Below, in pieces: positions 33,787-45,985 of a DNA stretch of 64,000 nt (position 1 is the stretch's first letter; each line of letters begins with the position of its first letter). The notes beneath the pieces were generated by a model. The model had not been told where the DNA came from and did not search any database. It worked only from the letters and a program-made list of their open reading frames with translations. This stretch comes from Eubacteriales bacterium. GTDB lineage: Bacteria > Bacillota > Clostridia > Oscillospirales > CAG-272. The position numbers and the translations under genes were made by a program. The DNA lies in the NCBI GenBank assembly GCA_018383975.1, contig JAHAZT010000041.1, forward strand, positions 21,638 to 85,637, in the 5' to 3' direction.

Positions 33787-34236
33787 ATGAGACTTGAATT
33801 CGGAATAGGAGCCTGCGGAATTCTTTTCGGAATGACGCCGAAGGACGTTGTGAGCGCCCTCGGCATGCCGGATAAGATAAACGTCTGCGAGGACGACGAA
33901 ATATACGGGCAGACTTATATTTATAATCGCGATATGCTTATGGTATGGTTTGAGCGCGAAAAGGATATGCGCGTGACGCTGATACAATGCTTTTCCCCCG
34001 AAATGACGGTCTTCGGGAAAAAGGTTTTCCTGCGCGAAAAGGACGAGGTTATGAAGCTGATAAAATCCGCGGGGTGCAGCCGTTTCACGGAAAACGACGG
34101 CCCGACGGAGGAAACCGTCTTCTTCGATGATATCGCCGCCTGGTTCAATTTTGAATTCGGCAAGCTGTCGTATGTGGAGCTCGGCGTGTTCTTCAACGAA
34201 ACGACCGGCGAGGAAATCTGGAGCTTCGGAGAATAA
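33787..34236 (+). CDS. hypothetical protein
   Basis: A 149-aa ORF with balanced composition, followed by a strong terminator. The overlapping antisense ORF 33682-34386 has junk-like composition. Confidence 0.55.
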   Translation: MRLEFGIGACGILFGMTPKDVVSALGMPDKINVCEDDEIYGQTYIYNRDMLMVWFEREKDMRVTLIQCFSPEMTVFGKKVFLREKDEVMKLIKSAGCSRFTENDGPTEETVFFDDIAAWFNFEFGKLSYVELGVFFNETTGEEIWSFGE

Positions 34237-34248
34237 AATTTCGGATAT

Positions 34249-34279
34249 GCGGGTTGCGGAAGCAACCCGCGCTTTTTTT
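34249..34279 (+). terminator. intrinsic terminator
   Basis: gcgggttgc-ggaa-gcaacccgc followed by gcttttttt. Confidence 0.8.
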
Positions 34280-34347
34280 GTAAAAAACAAATTTTCCCGC
34301 CCATATTTTTCACGTCCGGACAGAATAATAAAAATAAAAAGGTTTTT

Positions 34348-35790
34348 ATGGATATTTACGAAAGCAAAAAGGAAGAATTCCGTCAACGGTTTGAAAAAAT
34401 GTCCGATCTTTCCGTCCGTGAGTTTTGCTGCGGAAGGCTGCGGATATGCATTTTTTATATTTCAAACTTCTGCTCCAAAAATATGATAGCGGAGCAGATT
34501 ATAAACCCGCTTTCCGCCGCATACGGCAGAGAGGGCAACGCTTTTTCCGTCGAAAGCTCGATTGCCTCCGCTTCCCTGTCAATTCTCGGCAGCGGCGACG
34601 AAGCCGAGGAAAGTCTTCTCGCCGGCTCCGCCGTTTTGATGTATGACGGCTCTCCCCGCTATGCGCTTTCCGTCGGCACGAAGAACGAAGAAGGACGCTC
34701 CGGAAACGAGCCGGACACGGAAAACGTCATAAGAGGTCCGCACGAGGGCTTTACCGAAAACGGCGAGTCGAACGCAATGCTCATTCGCCGTCGACTGCAC
34801 ACGGCAAAGCTGAAAAAGCTGAATTTTTCCGTCGGGACGTTATCAAAAACGGACGTTTCAATAATGTATATAGAAGGAATTGCGCGGGAAAAACTTGTTT
34901 TTGAGGTGGTGCGACGGATAAAAAATACAGATGTTGCAACCGTCACGGACTCCGGCATGATAGAGCTTTGTATTCAGGACGGGAAATATGCGCTTTTCCC
35001 CACCGTCGGAAATTCCGAGCGGCCGGACAAGGTTGCCGCCAAACTGACGGAGGGTCGCGTTGCGATAATCGTCGACGGATCGCCCGTCGTGCTTACGGTA
35101 CCGTATCTTTTCTGCGAGGGCTTTCAGGTTACGGAGGACTACGCAAAAAGTCCGTGGTATGCGGGTTTTGTCCGTATTCTGCGCCTTGCGGCAATGGCGA
35201 TATCCGTCTGGCTGCCGGCGGTTTTCACGGCAATTCTGACGCATCACGAATATATGGTTCCGCCTGCCACGCTGAACGTCATAAGCGAGTCCCGAAAGGG
35301 ACTTGCAACCCCCATTTTTTCAGAGGTCATCATCGTTTTTCTCCTGTTTGAGCTTGTGCGCGAGGTCGGGCTGCGAATGCCGAAGGCGGTCGGGTCGGCG
35401 GTCGGAATTGTGGGTGCGCTCCTCCTCGGCGACAGCGCGATCGAAGCGGGGATTGCTTCGTCGTCCGTGCTGATAATCGTTGCGCTTGCAGCACTTTGTA
35501 ATTTTATCATTCCGCCGTATATGAATCCCTCCGTCATTTACAGATTTATAATGGTCCTTCTTGCGGGATTTTTCGGGCTTTACGGATTTTTCATCGGATT
35601 TGTCTGCGGTGTGCTTGCCCTTGCGGGAAAAAGCTCATTCGGCACGCCGTATCTTTCGCCGATCGCACCGATTTCACCGGAGGGCATGAAGGATTTCCCC
35701 ATAATGACCTCCGTCTCTCAGATGAAAATCGCACCGGTGTCAATCACGGGAAAACGTATAAAAAGAACGGGAAAGGAGAAGGAAAAATGA
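34348..35790 (+). CDS. spore germination protein, GerA family A subunit
   Basis: Soluble N-terminal domain with IRRRLHTAKLK..SKTDVSIMYIEGIA, and a C-terminal 5-TM region typical of GerAA/GerKA. Confidence 0.85.
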   Translation: MDIYESKKEEFRQRFEKMSDLSVREFCCGRLRICIFYISNFCSKNMIAEQIINPLSAAYGREGNAFSVESSIASASLSILGSGDEAEESLLAGSAVLMYDGSPRYALSVGTKNEEGRSGNEPDTENVIRGPHEGFTENGESNAMLIRRRLHTAKLKKLNFSVGTLSKTDVSIMYIEGIAREKLVFEVVRRIKNTDVATVTDSGMIELCIQDGKYALFPTVGNSERPDKVAAKLTEGRVAIIVDGSPVVLTVPYLFCEGFQVTEDYAKSPWYAGFVRILRLAAMAISVWLPAVFTAILTHHEYMVPPATLNVISESRKGLATPIFSEVIIVFLLFELVREVGLRMPKAVGSAVGIVGALLLGDSAIEAGIASSSVLIIVALAALCNFIIPPYMNPSVIYRFIMVLLAGFFGLYGFFIGFVCGVLALAGKSSFGTPYLSPIAPISPEGMKDFPIMTSVSQMKIAPVSITGKRIKRTGKEKEK

Positions 35791-36596
35791 CTCTTTCAAG
35801 AGGACTTACCTCCCGCCAGCTTTTCTTCGTCTCCGCCGCATATCTCTTCTCCGGATTTTTTGTTTTCCGCACGCGCGGCGTTTCCGTTATGGTGACGGTT
35901 TTCCTTTTGTGGTCGCTGTTTTCGGGCATTGCGTTTATGATGAAGCACCGTGAAAGGGCATCCTTTGTCCGTCGCATATTCCGCATAATTTTCGCCATAT
36001 GCTCCGCCGTCACAGCCTCATGCGACGTCTTTTCGCTCTTTAATTTTTCCGCAGTCGACAAAAGCGGCGTTCCGCCGCTCGTGTTTACATTTTCGCTCGT
36101 CGCAATCGCCGTTTTTCTCGCGTATAAAATAAAGCTCGTGGGCAGGCTTGCGGAGTTGACGCCGTATATTTTCGCGGCGGTGCTGCTGACCGCCGTACCG
36201 TATATGAAGGCATCGCTTTCGCTATTTGACGGCAGTTCCCTCTCCGTTTTCTTTTTCCCATCCGTACCGCTTCTGCTCTGCGATGAGTCACGCAATACGA
36301 CAGAACACCCCTCCGCCTTTCTCTCTGCGGAAAAAAGCGGACTTCATCCGCTGCTTTCGTCAATGCTCGGCGCACTTGTCGGAACACTTCTCTATATACC
36401 GTTTTCCGCCGCCGACAGCGCAAAAAACGGGCTCATCTCCGTTTTCGTCTGGACGCTTTTTCTCATTCGCCTCTCTGCGGACCTGTTCTCCGCAGTCCGG
36501 CTTTGCAAAGAAAAGGACGGCTTTCTGCCGACAGTCGCCTTTGCCTCCTTTGTGTTTGTTTCCTTTGCCGTAATATCAAAAAATCCCCTTTTGTGA
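35787..36596 (+). CDS. polytopic membrane protein, possibly a short GerAB-like germinant receptor B subunit
   Basis: ATGA overlap with the GerAA gene. N-terminal LTSRQLFFV resembles the GerAB start. Only 269 aa, whereas typical B subunits are about 360 aa. Confidence 0.45.
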   Translation: MTLSRGLTSRQLFFVSAAYLFSGFFVFRTRGVSVMVTVFLLWSLFSGIAFMMKHRERASFVRRIFRIIFAICSAVTASCDVFSLFNFSAVDKSGVPPLVFTFSLVAIAVFLAYKIKLVGRLAELTPYIFAAVLLTAVPYMKASLSLFDGSSLSVFFFPSVPLLLCDESRNTTEHPSAFLSAEKSGLHPLLSSMLGALVGTLLYIPFSAADSAKNGLISVFVWTLFLIRLSADLFSAVRLCKEKDGFLPTVAFASFVFVSFAVISKNPLL

Positions 36597-36612
36597 GGGG
36601 ATTTTTCAGTCA

Positions 36613-37515
36613 TTATATCAGCCTTATGAAGAGCTTTATCGCCGTGCCGTCCGGATATTCCTTCACCTCGCCGACACCGATAAAGCCGTCTTTTGTATAT
36701 ATCTTCACCCGCTCGCCCAAGTCAAAGCGCGTGCCGATTTTCTTCTGATAAATTTCACAGCCCGAAAGGCAAAGCCTTGCATAAAAATCTGGCAGGCTGA
36801 CGCTTTCAAGATCGGAGAAAAGGTTTTCAGCGGGGATGAGACGAGCCGTCCGTTCCTCCGGAGAAAAATCTTCAAGCTCTTCCGGCGTCACAGCGTCGTC
36901 AAGCGTGAAGCCCCCGGAAGAATATCTGCAAAGTGCGCTCATGGTTGCGCCGCAACCGAGCCTCTTGCCGATGTCCTCGCAAAGCGTGCGTATATACGTT
37001 CCTTTGGAGCAGGCAACCCGCATTTTATACGTGTCGCCTTCGCCGTCAATATCAATCGACGATATGAAAAGCTCCCTCGGCGCAAGCTCAACGGTTTTTC
37101 CCTCGCGGGCAAGCTCATACAGTTTTTTCCCGTCGACCTTTATCGCGCTGTACATAGGCGGCACCTGCATATATCTGCCGGTAAAGCTCTTCGCCGCAGA
37201 AATGACTTCATCCCTCGGCGGAATGTTTTCACTGCGCGACATGACGTTCCCCGTTATGTCCGCTGTGTCCGTCACGATTCCGAGCTTCATCTCCGCATCG
37301 TATATCTTGTCCTGCGCGGTGACATAGTCGGAAGCTTTGACGGCTCTGCCGACAAGGATTATAAGCAGCCCCGTTGCCATCGGGTCAAGGGTTCCCGTAT
37401 GCCCGACGCTCCGCGTCCCGTAAAGACGTCGGATCTTGGAAACCGCGTCGTGCGAGGTTATCCCTTTTGGCTTATTCAGCAGCAGTACCCCGCCCCTCGA
37501 TATCTCATTTTTCAA
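36613..37515 (-). CDS. truB: tRNA pseudouridine(55) synthase
   Basis: LLLNKPKGITSHD and HTGTLDPMATGLL motifs. TTG start 7 nt after AAGGAG. Confidence 0.93.
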   Translation of the reverse strand: MKNEISRGGVLLLNKPKGITSHDAVSKIRRLYGTRSVGHTGTLDPMATGLLIILVGRAVKASDYVTAQDKIYDAEMKLGIVTDTADITGNVMSRSENIPPRDEVISAAKSFTGRYMQVPPMYSAIKVDGKKLYELAREGKTVELAPRELFISSIDIDGEGDTYKMRVACSKGTYIRTLCEDIGKRLGCGATMSALCRYSSGGFTLDDAVTPEELEDFSPEERTARLIPAENLFSDLESVSLPDFYARLCLSGCEIYQKKIGTRFDLGERVKIYTKDGFIGVGEVKEYPDGTAIKLFIRLI

Positions 37516-38485
37516 AGCCGCACTCCTTGATTATTTTGTCTACCGTTTCGTCGACGTCGCCTTCCGCAACGCTGCAACCGGCTGCGCCGGCATGACCTCC
37601 GCCTCCGAACATTGCGCAGATTTTTGCCATGTCGATATCCCCCGTCGACCTTGTTGATATTTTATATACGCCCGGCGTTCTTTCCCTTGCCAGAATGGCA
37701 ACCTTTACCCCTTCAACACGCCTTATGACGTTTATAACGTCGTATGTGTCCTCGTCCTCAAAGCCGCACCGCTCCTTATCCGCCTCGGTTATTCTGACAT
37801 AAGATATTTTTCCGCCGCAGAGATATTTCACGTTTTCCATGGCAAACGCCTCTGCCGCAAGCGCGGTTTTACTCTTCATTTCAAAGAGGTTGCGGCATAT
37901 CTGGAAGTGGTTTGCTCCGCACTCAATCAGTTTTGCCGCGATTTTGTGAGTATACGGGGTTGTATTTGCATAACGGAAACCGCCGGTGTCCGCCGCAAGT
38001 GCGGCATACAGAAGCGACGCCGTTTTTTCGGGAATTTTACCCTGTATCATACGGTTTATGACTCTGTATATTATCTCTGCGCAGGCTCCCGCTCCGGAGT
38101 CCACAAATCTGTAACACGCAAGGTCATCATGACACGAATGATGGTCAAGCGCAAGGTCTATCTTGGCGGCGAGATAATGATATTTTCCGAGCTGGTTCGG
38201 CGAAGCAATGTCAACGGAAATAAGAAATTTCGGCGTGAAGTCGCCCGGCAAATCCTCAATTCCGAAGCAACGCTCGCCGTCTGTCAGAAACATAAGCGAC
38301 TGCGGAATTTTATCACAGCAAGCCATATACGCCCGCTTTCCGACGGAACGGAGCGTCAGCACGAGCGCAAGTGCCGAGCCGATCGTATCCGAATCGGGAT
38401 TTTCGTGCATAAAAACAAGAAAATTATCGTTTCTTTCAAGCACCTTGCGTATGCCGTTTATCGTTATGTTATTGCTCGCCGTCAC
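37505..38485 (-). CDS. nrnA: DHH family phosphoesterase (NrnA-type bifunctional oligoribonuclease/pAp phosphatase)
   Basis: HENPDSDTIGS, DHH and GGGGHAGAAG (DHHA1) motifs. GTG 38485 (AAAGGAG RBS) is preferred over ATG 38506. Confidence 0.85.
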   Translation of the reverse strand: MTASNNITINGIRKVLERNDNFLVFMHENPDSDTIGSALALVLTLRSVGKRAYMACCDKIPQSLMFLTDGERCFGIEDLPGDFTPKFLISVDIASPNQLGKYHYLAAKIDLALDHHSCHDDLACYRFVDSGAGACAEIIYRVINRMIQGKIPEKTASLLYAALAADTGGFRYANTTPYTHKIAAKLIECGANHFQICRNLFEMKSKTALAAEAFAMENVKYLCGGKISYVRITEADKERCGFEDEDTYDVINVIRRVEGVKVAILARERTPGVYKISTRSTGDIDMAKICAMFGGGGHAGAAGCSVAEGDVDETVDKIIKECGFEK

Positions 38486-38858
38486 CTTCGTTCTCCTTTT
38501 CATCATCGGACGTGACGCCCGTCTTTTTCAGAAGTTCAAAAATATCCGCGCCGCGCTTTATCGCGTCGTCATATTCAAAATTGAATTCGGGTGTCGCGCG
38601 CATATTAAGCGTTTCCGCAACGGTATGACGTATAAATCCCGCCGCGCTGTACAGTCCCTTTTTAATCTCTTTTATTTTTTCCGCGTCCGCTCCGTAAACG
38701 GAAAAATATACTTTTGCATATTTCAAATCGCCCGAAACGTCGCAATGAGTGACCGTTATCATCTCGCCCGCCACTCTCGGATCCTTGACGGAGCGTATCG
38801 CCTGTGCCACAACCCGTCCGACCTCATCGTTTACGCGCGCTCTTCTGTATTTTGCCAT
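38469..38858 (-). CDS. rbfA: ribosome-binding factor A
   Basis: RARVNDEVGRVVAQAI..VKDPRV..ITVTHCDVSGDLKYAKVYFSV is the RbfA core. Start set at MAKYRR. Confidence 0.9.
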   Translation of the reverse strand: MAKYRRARVNDEVGRVVAQAIRSVKDPRVAGEMITVTHCDVSGDLKYAKVYFSVYGADAEKIKEIKKGLYSAAGFIRHTVAETLNMRATPEFNFEYDDAIKRGADIFELLKKTGVTSDDEKENEGDGEQ

Positions 38859-38969
38859 AATGATTTTTCCTTTCAAAGCAATGCGATATTTTTACGCATA
38901 TATTATATCACAGCTCCGCCTCAAATGACAAGATTTTTTTGAAAAGAGAGTAAAGAAATAATCAAACGA

Positions 38970-38998
38970 TTGACAGTATCCTTTTTCCGTGATATAAT
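38970..38998 (+). promoter_or_regulatory. consensus sigma-A promoter of the TerB_N/DUF2791 operon
   Basis: TTGACA (38970-38975), exactly 17 nt spacer, TATAAT (38993-38998) with TGa extended -10. GGAGG RBS before ATG 39036. Confidence 0.65.
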
Positions 38999-39035
38999 TA
39001 TATGATACAAAATAAAGTTAAAGGAGGTCGCGCAC

Positions 39036-40652
39036 ATGGCAAAAAGTATCGGCACAAACGATGATTTCCGGACGTTGTCCGAGCTTGTCCCCAAAAAAAC
39101 ATACATAAAAAAGCCAATGCACGACACCTCCTCCGTAACTGTTGATACCGGTGACGCCGAAAGCATCGGCTCACCTGTTCCGTTCCCCGAAAAACGCCCG
39201 CCTGTCCGTGCAAGGGAGAGTGTTTCATATTCTCCCCGTCATTCGCTTATAAATGACGTCACGCTGGAGGCCTGGCCGGGGAATTTCTCGTTCTATTCAA
39301 AATTTCATTTTGAAGCGGTAAAGCTGTTTCCCGTCGAGGGAAAGCCATGCCCGCCGGAAAGATTTTTTGCATACACTCCGCAATACGAGCAGCTTTCTCA
39401 ATGTCAGCTTGAATATTATCTTTATTTCAGAACGCTCGTCCGCGGCGGAGAGTATCCCGCGGTCGACAGCAGTTATATTTTTCTCCTGCTTTATGAGATT
39501 ATAAACCTTCCCGAGCTTATTCCCGCCGAAAAGGGTGCGGAGATGATTGTGCGGCTATGGAAGGCATACAGAGGCACTTATCCCTATCTTGACAAATATA
39601 TCGGCGAATGGCTTTGCGACTATTGTCTTATCCATCGGCTTCCGCCGCCCGTTTCCGTTGCGGATTTTTGCGGCGAGGTGATACAGAAGCTGTCATTTCC
39701 CGAATTTTACGAAGACCCGCAGAGCGATGCATTCTCATTTGAGTCCGTTGCGCGATTTTCCTCGTGTGACTATAAAAAAAGCCGTTTTTACGATGCAAAC
39801 AGGACCGAATATGACCGTCACATTCCGGCGGCGGCAACGCTCGCGGTAAAGACGTTTCTTTCGGGCGATGTTCCGCAAGGATTTCTCATAGTATCACACG
39901 ACCTGCGCGACAGTTTTCCGGGCGCAGTTGCATATGTCGGCGTGAAATACAAAATCAAAATCACTTCCCTTTCCCTGCGGAAAAGCAGAGAATATCATCA
40001 GCTCTGCTCGACCGTAATCAAGGCTTGCGAAAACGAGCTTCGTGCCGCAAAGGGAATAAAATCGCGCTATTCCGCGCAGTCGCTTCCCGAAATATGCAGA
40101 ACCGCGATTGCGGAATATTTTGACGGCTTCTATCCCGACCGCCGCGCAAAAAGAAAAGCCGATACATCGGATGACGACGCCCCCTATATGCGTTACTATA
40201 TGCCGCGCCGGATCGGCTCCGCCGATATAGGCCGCGCCATGCGCATTGAAAAATCCGCATGGAAAACGGCAATGCTGCTTGAATCGGAAACGGAGGAAAC
40301 ACCTGTGCCGGAAACGCATGGCGCGCCTCCCTCGCCGCAGAGCGGCGAGGCGGCGCGGCGCGAAAGCGAGGCTCCCGCCGGCGAAGTCGGGAACGATATA
40401 CTTTCTCTCCTGCTGTCACTTGACGAAACTCTGGCAAAAGCAATCGCGGCTGCTGTCGGAGGCGAAATGAAAACGTACTGCAAGGAACATTCAATAATGC
40501 CGGAGGAAGCCGAAAGACTGATAAACGAAGCCGCTTTCGACTTCACCGGAGACATACTTATAGATGAAACGTTCGGTATTCCGGAGGAATATAAAGACGA
40601 TACGAAAAAAGCGCTCGATACCGCGCACATATCATACAAGGAGGAAAAATAA
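39036..40652 (+). CDS. TerB_N / TerB_C domain-containing protein (SngA-like)
   Basis: YEQLSQCQLEYYLYFRTLVRGGEYPAVDSSYIFLLLYEIINL matches the TerB_N signature. C-terminal LLSLDETL...EAERLINEAAFDFTGDILIDE matches the TerB_C signature. Confidence 0.75.
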   Translation: MAKSIGTNDDFRTLSELVPKKTYIKKPMHDTSSVTVDTGDAESIGSPVPFPEKRPPVRARESVSYSPRHSLINDVTLEAWPGNFSFYSKFHFEAVKLFPVEGKPCPPERFFAYTPQYEQLSQCQLEYYLYFRTLVRGGEYPAVDSSYIFLLLYEIINLPELIPAEKGAEMIVRLWKAYRGTYPYLDKYIGEWLCDYCLIHRLPPPVSVADFCGEVIQKLSFPEFYEDPQSDAFSFESVARFSSCDYKKSRFYDANRTEYDRHIPAAATLAVKTFLSGDVPQGFLIVSHDLRDSFPGAVAYVGVKYKIKITSLSLRKSREYHQLCSTVIKACENELRAAKGIKSRYSAQSLPEICRTAIAEYFDGFYPDRRAKRKADTSDDDAPYMRYYMPRRIGSADIGRAMRIEKSAWKTAMLLESETEETPVPETHGAPPSPQSGEAARRESEAPAGEVGNDILSLLLSLDETLAKAIAAAVGGEMKTYCKEHSIMPEEAERLINEAAFDFTGDILIDETFGIPEEYKDDTKKALDTAHISYKEEK

Positions 40653-41971
40653 TGCCCGAAAACGATATAAAAATACCGAAAAGAATTCTCTCGGCTCTGC
40701 TCTCGTCTCTTTCGGCAGGCGTCGTTCCGAGGACGGGGGCTGCATATATTGTCATAGGCAGGGATAATGAAATTCTTTCCCTCTGCCGTGACCTTGAAAC
40801 AGTTTCCGACGGCGGTGCGTTTACGCGGTTTGTGATCGGCAGGTACGGCAGCGGAAAGAGCTTTCTTTTGCAGCTGCTCCGCAGTTATGCATGCGAAAAA
40901 GGCTTTCTCTGTGCCGACGCCGACCTCTCCCCCGAAAGAAGACTTTCGGCTTCCGGCGGTGCGGGACTTGCGACGTACAGAGAGCTGATTAAAAACCTGT
41001 CCTCCAAAACCTCCGGTGACGGCGGTGCGCTGTCACAGGTGATTGTCAGATGGATATCCTCCGTTAAGACAGACGTCGCCGCAGACGGAGTTTCCGTCGA
41101 TAGCGAGGCGTTTTCCGCAGAGGTTTCAAAACGGATATTCGCAGTTATGCGCGAGCTTGAAAGCGGCATAGGCTCATTCGACCTTGCCCGCGTAATATCA
41201 ACCTTTTATAAAGCCTATGAAAGCGGTGACGGCGAGCTTGAAAGTGCATGTATGCGCTGGCTCCGCGGCGAATACAAAACGAGAACCGAAGCAAGACAAG
41301 CCCTCGGCGTGACGGCGATAATAGACGATTCAAACTGGTATGACTATATAAAGCTCCTCGCCTCGTTTTCAAGGAAAATCGGCTATAAGGGACTGATTAT
41401 ACTCATTGACGAATGTGTAAACCTTTATAAAATACCGAACAGAATTTCCCGGGAAAACAATTATGAAAAAATTCTTTCGATATATAATGATACAATGCAG
41501 GGAAAAGCAGAAGGACTCGGCGTTATTTTTGCCGGCACACCGCAATTCCTTGAAGACGGCAGACGCGGACTTTTCAGCTATGAGGCTCTCCGCTCCCGTC
41601 TTTCCGATACGGCGTTTGCAATGTCTGAAAATTTTGTTCCGTCAAATCTTTCGGGACCCGTCATAAGGCTTGCGCAGCTTTCGGAGGACGAGCTTCTGGC
41701 TCTCATAAAGCGCGTCACCGTGCTTTACGGAATGTATTACGGCGAAACCGGCGTAAGTGACGAAGAAATGCGCGCATTTCTTTATAAGGTGCTTTCGGGA
41801 AACGTCGCAAAGGACCTTGTCACCCCGAGAGAAATCATCAGAACTTATCTTTCCGTTCTCGGCGCGATATCCGGCACAAACGGAAAAATCGGCGATTTGA
41901 TTGACACCGCACACATTTCCGCGCCGGAGCGCAATCCCGACGAGCTCGACCCGAACTCAATAGAAATATAA
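40652..41971 (+). CDS. DUF2791 family P-loop ATPase (BrxD/SngB-like)
   Basis: TAATG overlap with the upstream gene. N-terminal LSAGVVPRTGAAYIVIGRDNE and Walker A GRYGSGKSFLL, Walker B-like LIILIDE. Length is typical for BrxD-like proteins. Confidence 0.75.
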   Translation: MPENDIKIPKRILSALLSSLSAGVVPRTGAAYIVIGRDNEILSLCRDLETVSDGGAFTRFVIGRYGSGKSFLLQLLRSYACEKGFLCADADLSPERRLSASGGAGLATYRELIKNLSSKTSGDGGALSQVIVRWISSVKTDVAADGVSVDSEAFSAEVSKRIFAVMRELESGIGSFDLARVISTFYKAYESGDGELESACMRWLRGEYKTRTEARQALGVTAIIDDSNWYDYIKLLASFSRKIGYKGLIILIDECVNLYKIPNRISRENNYEKILSIYNDTMQGKAEGLGVIFAGTPQFLEDGRRGLFSYEALRSRLSDTAFAMSENFVPSNLSGPVIRLAQLSEDELLALIKRVTVLYGMYYGETGVSDEEMRAFLYKVLSGNVAKDLVTPREIIRTYLSVLGAISGTNGKIGDLIDTAHISAPERNPDELDPNSIEI

Positions 41972-44911
<2,940 letters not shown>

Positions 44912-44912
44912 C

Positions 44913-44948
44913 AAAAAAACAACGCCTCCCGCGGAGGCGTTGTTTTTT
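44913..44948. terminator. bidirectional intrinsic terminator
   Basis: aaaaaaacaacgcctcc-cgc-ggaggcgttgtttttt between the convergent lacZ and yitT-like genes. Confidence 0.85.
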
Positions 44949-44951
44949 ATA

Positions 44952-45824
44952 TTATACGTTGTCCGAAAATGACATAAACCCCTTTCCGTAAACCTCGTTT
45001 GAGTCAAGCACCGTGACAAACGCTCTGTCGTCGATTTTCTTTGTATAATCGCGTACTTCTGCCGCTTGATACGGCGTCATCGCAACGAAAAGAACGGTTT
45101 TGTTCTCATGCGTAAACGCGCCGGAGGCGTTCCAGACGGTCGCTCCTCTGTGCAGCGTTTTCGTTATATATTCCTGAACCTCATCGGGCTTTGACGTAAT
45201 TATCAGCAGGGTCTTTCTGCGGTTGATAACGCCGATCGCCGCCTGAACCATAAATGATTTGAGAAGCATACCGAGAATTGAATAAAGTCCCGTTTCGACG
45301 TTTATAAAGAATATTGTCGAAGCGGCGATTATCGCGTCGGCAATCATCATTGAAATGCTTATATCCGATTTTATGTGTTTACGGAGTATCATCGCGATTA
45401 TGTCCGTGCCGCCTGTACTTCCGCCGTATTTGAAGGTCATTGCCGTGCCGACGGCAGGTATTATTCCCGCAAAGGCAAGCTCAAGCATTCTCTGATCCGT
45501 AAACGGCTTTGTCATCGGGACGATTATATCAAGCAGCTGTACCGCTCCCGAAAAAAGCACGCTGCAATATATCGTTTTCCAGCCGAAGTCCTTTCCCACA
45601 AAGGCAAAGCCGAGTATCATAAAGATGATATTCAGTATCAGAATGAACGTTGCCGGACTTATTCCCTCTATGAGGTTGCCCAGAATGATTGATATACCGC
45701 TCATTCCGCCCGTTGAAAAATTGTTCGGTATTTTGAAAAAATGCACGCCGAAGGCACTTATAAGCGTGCCTGCCGTCATCATTATTATATCCTTTATCAG
45801 CTTTGATTTATTTTCCGTTTTCAT
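44952..45824 (-). CDS. YitT family membrane protein (DUF2179 C-terminal domain)
   Basis: MTAGTLISAFGVHFFKIPNNFSTGGMSGISIILG is the YitT signature. Confidence 0.85.
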   Translation of the reverse strand: MKTENKSKLIKDIIMMTAGTLISAFGVHFFKIPNNFSTGGMSGISIILGNLIEGISPATFILILNIIFMILGFAFVGKDFGWKTIYCSVLFSGAVQLLDIIVPMTKPFTDQRMLELAFAGIIPAVGTAMTFKYGGSTGGTDIIAMILRKHIKSDISISMMIADAIIAASTIFFINVETGLYSILGMLLKSFMVQAAIGVINRRKTLLIITSKPDEVQEYITKTLHRGATVWNASGAFTHENKTVLFVAMTPYQAAEVRDYTKKIDDRAFVTVLDSNEVYGKGFMSFSDNV

Positions 45825-45985
45825 TTTGTCCTCTGAAAAAATTCTGTTGGAAGTATTTTATCACAACCGTTTGGGTTTGTAAACACTTTGTCCGTTTTTA
45901 AGTGTTTTTTTCGAAAACTGTGGACATATCCGTAAAAGATTTGTATAATTGAATCGTAAAACAAAAAGAAAGGCTTTTTATCCTT

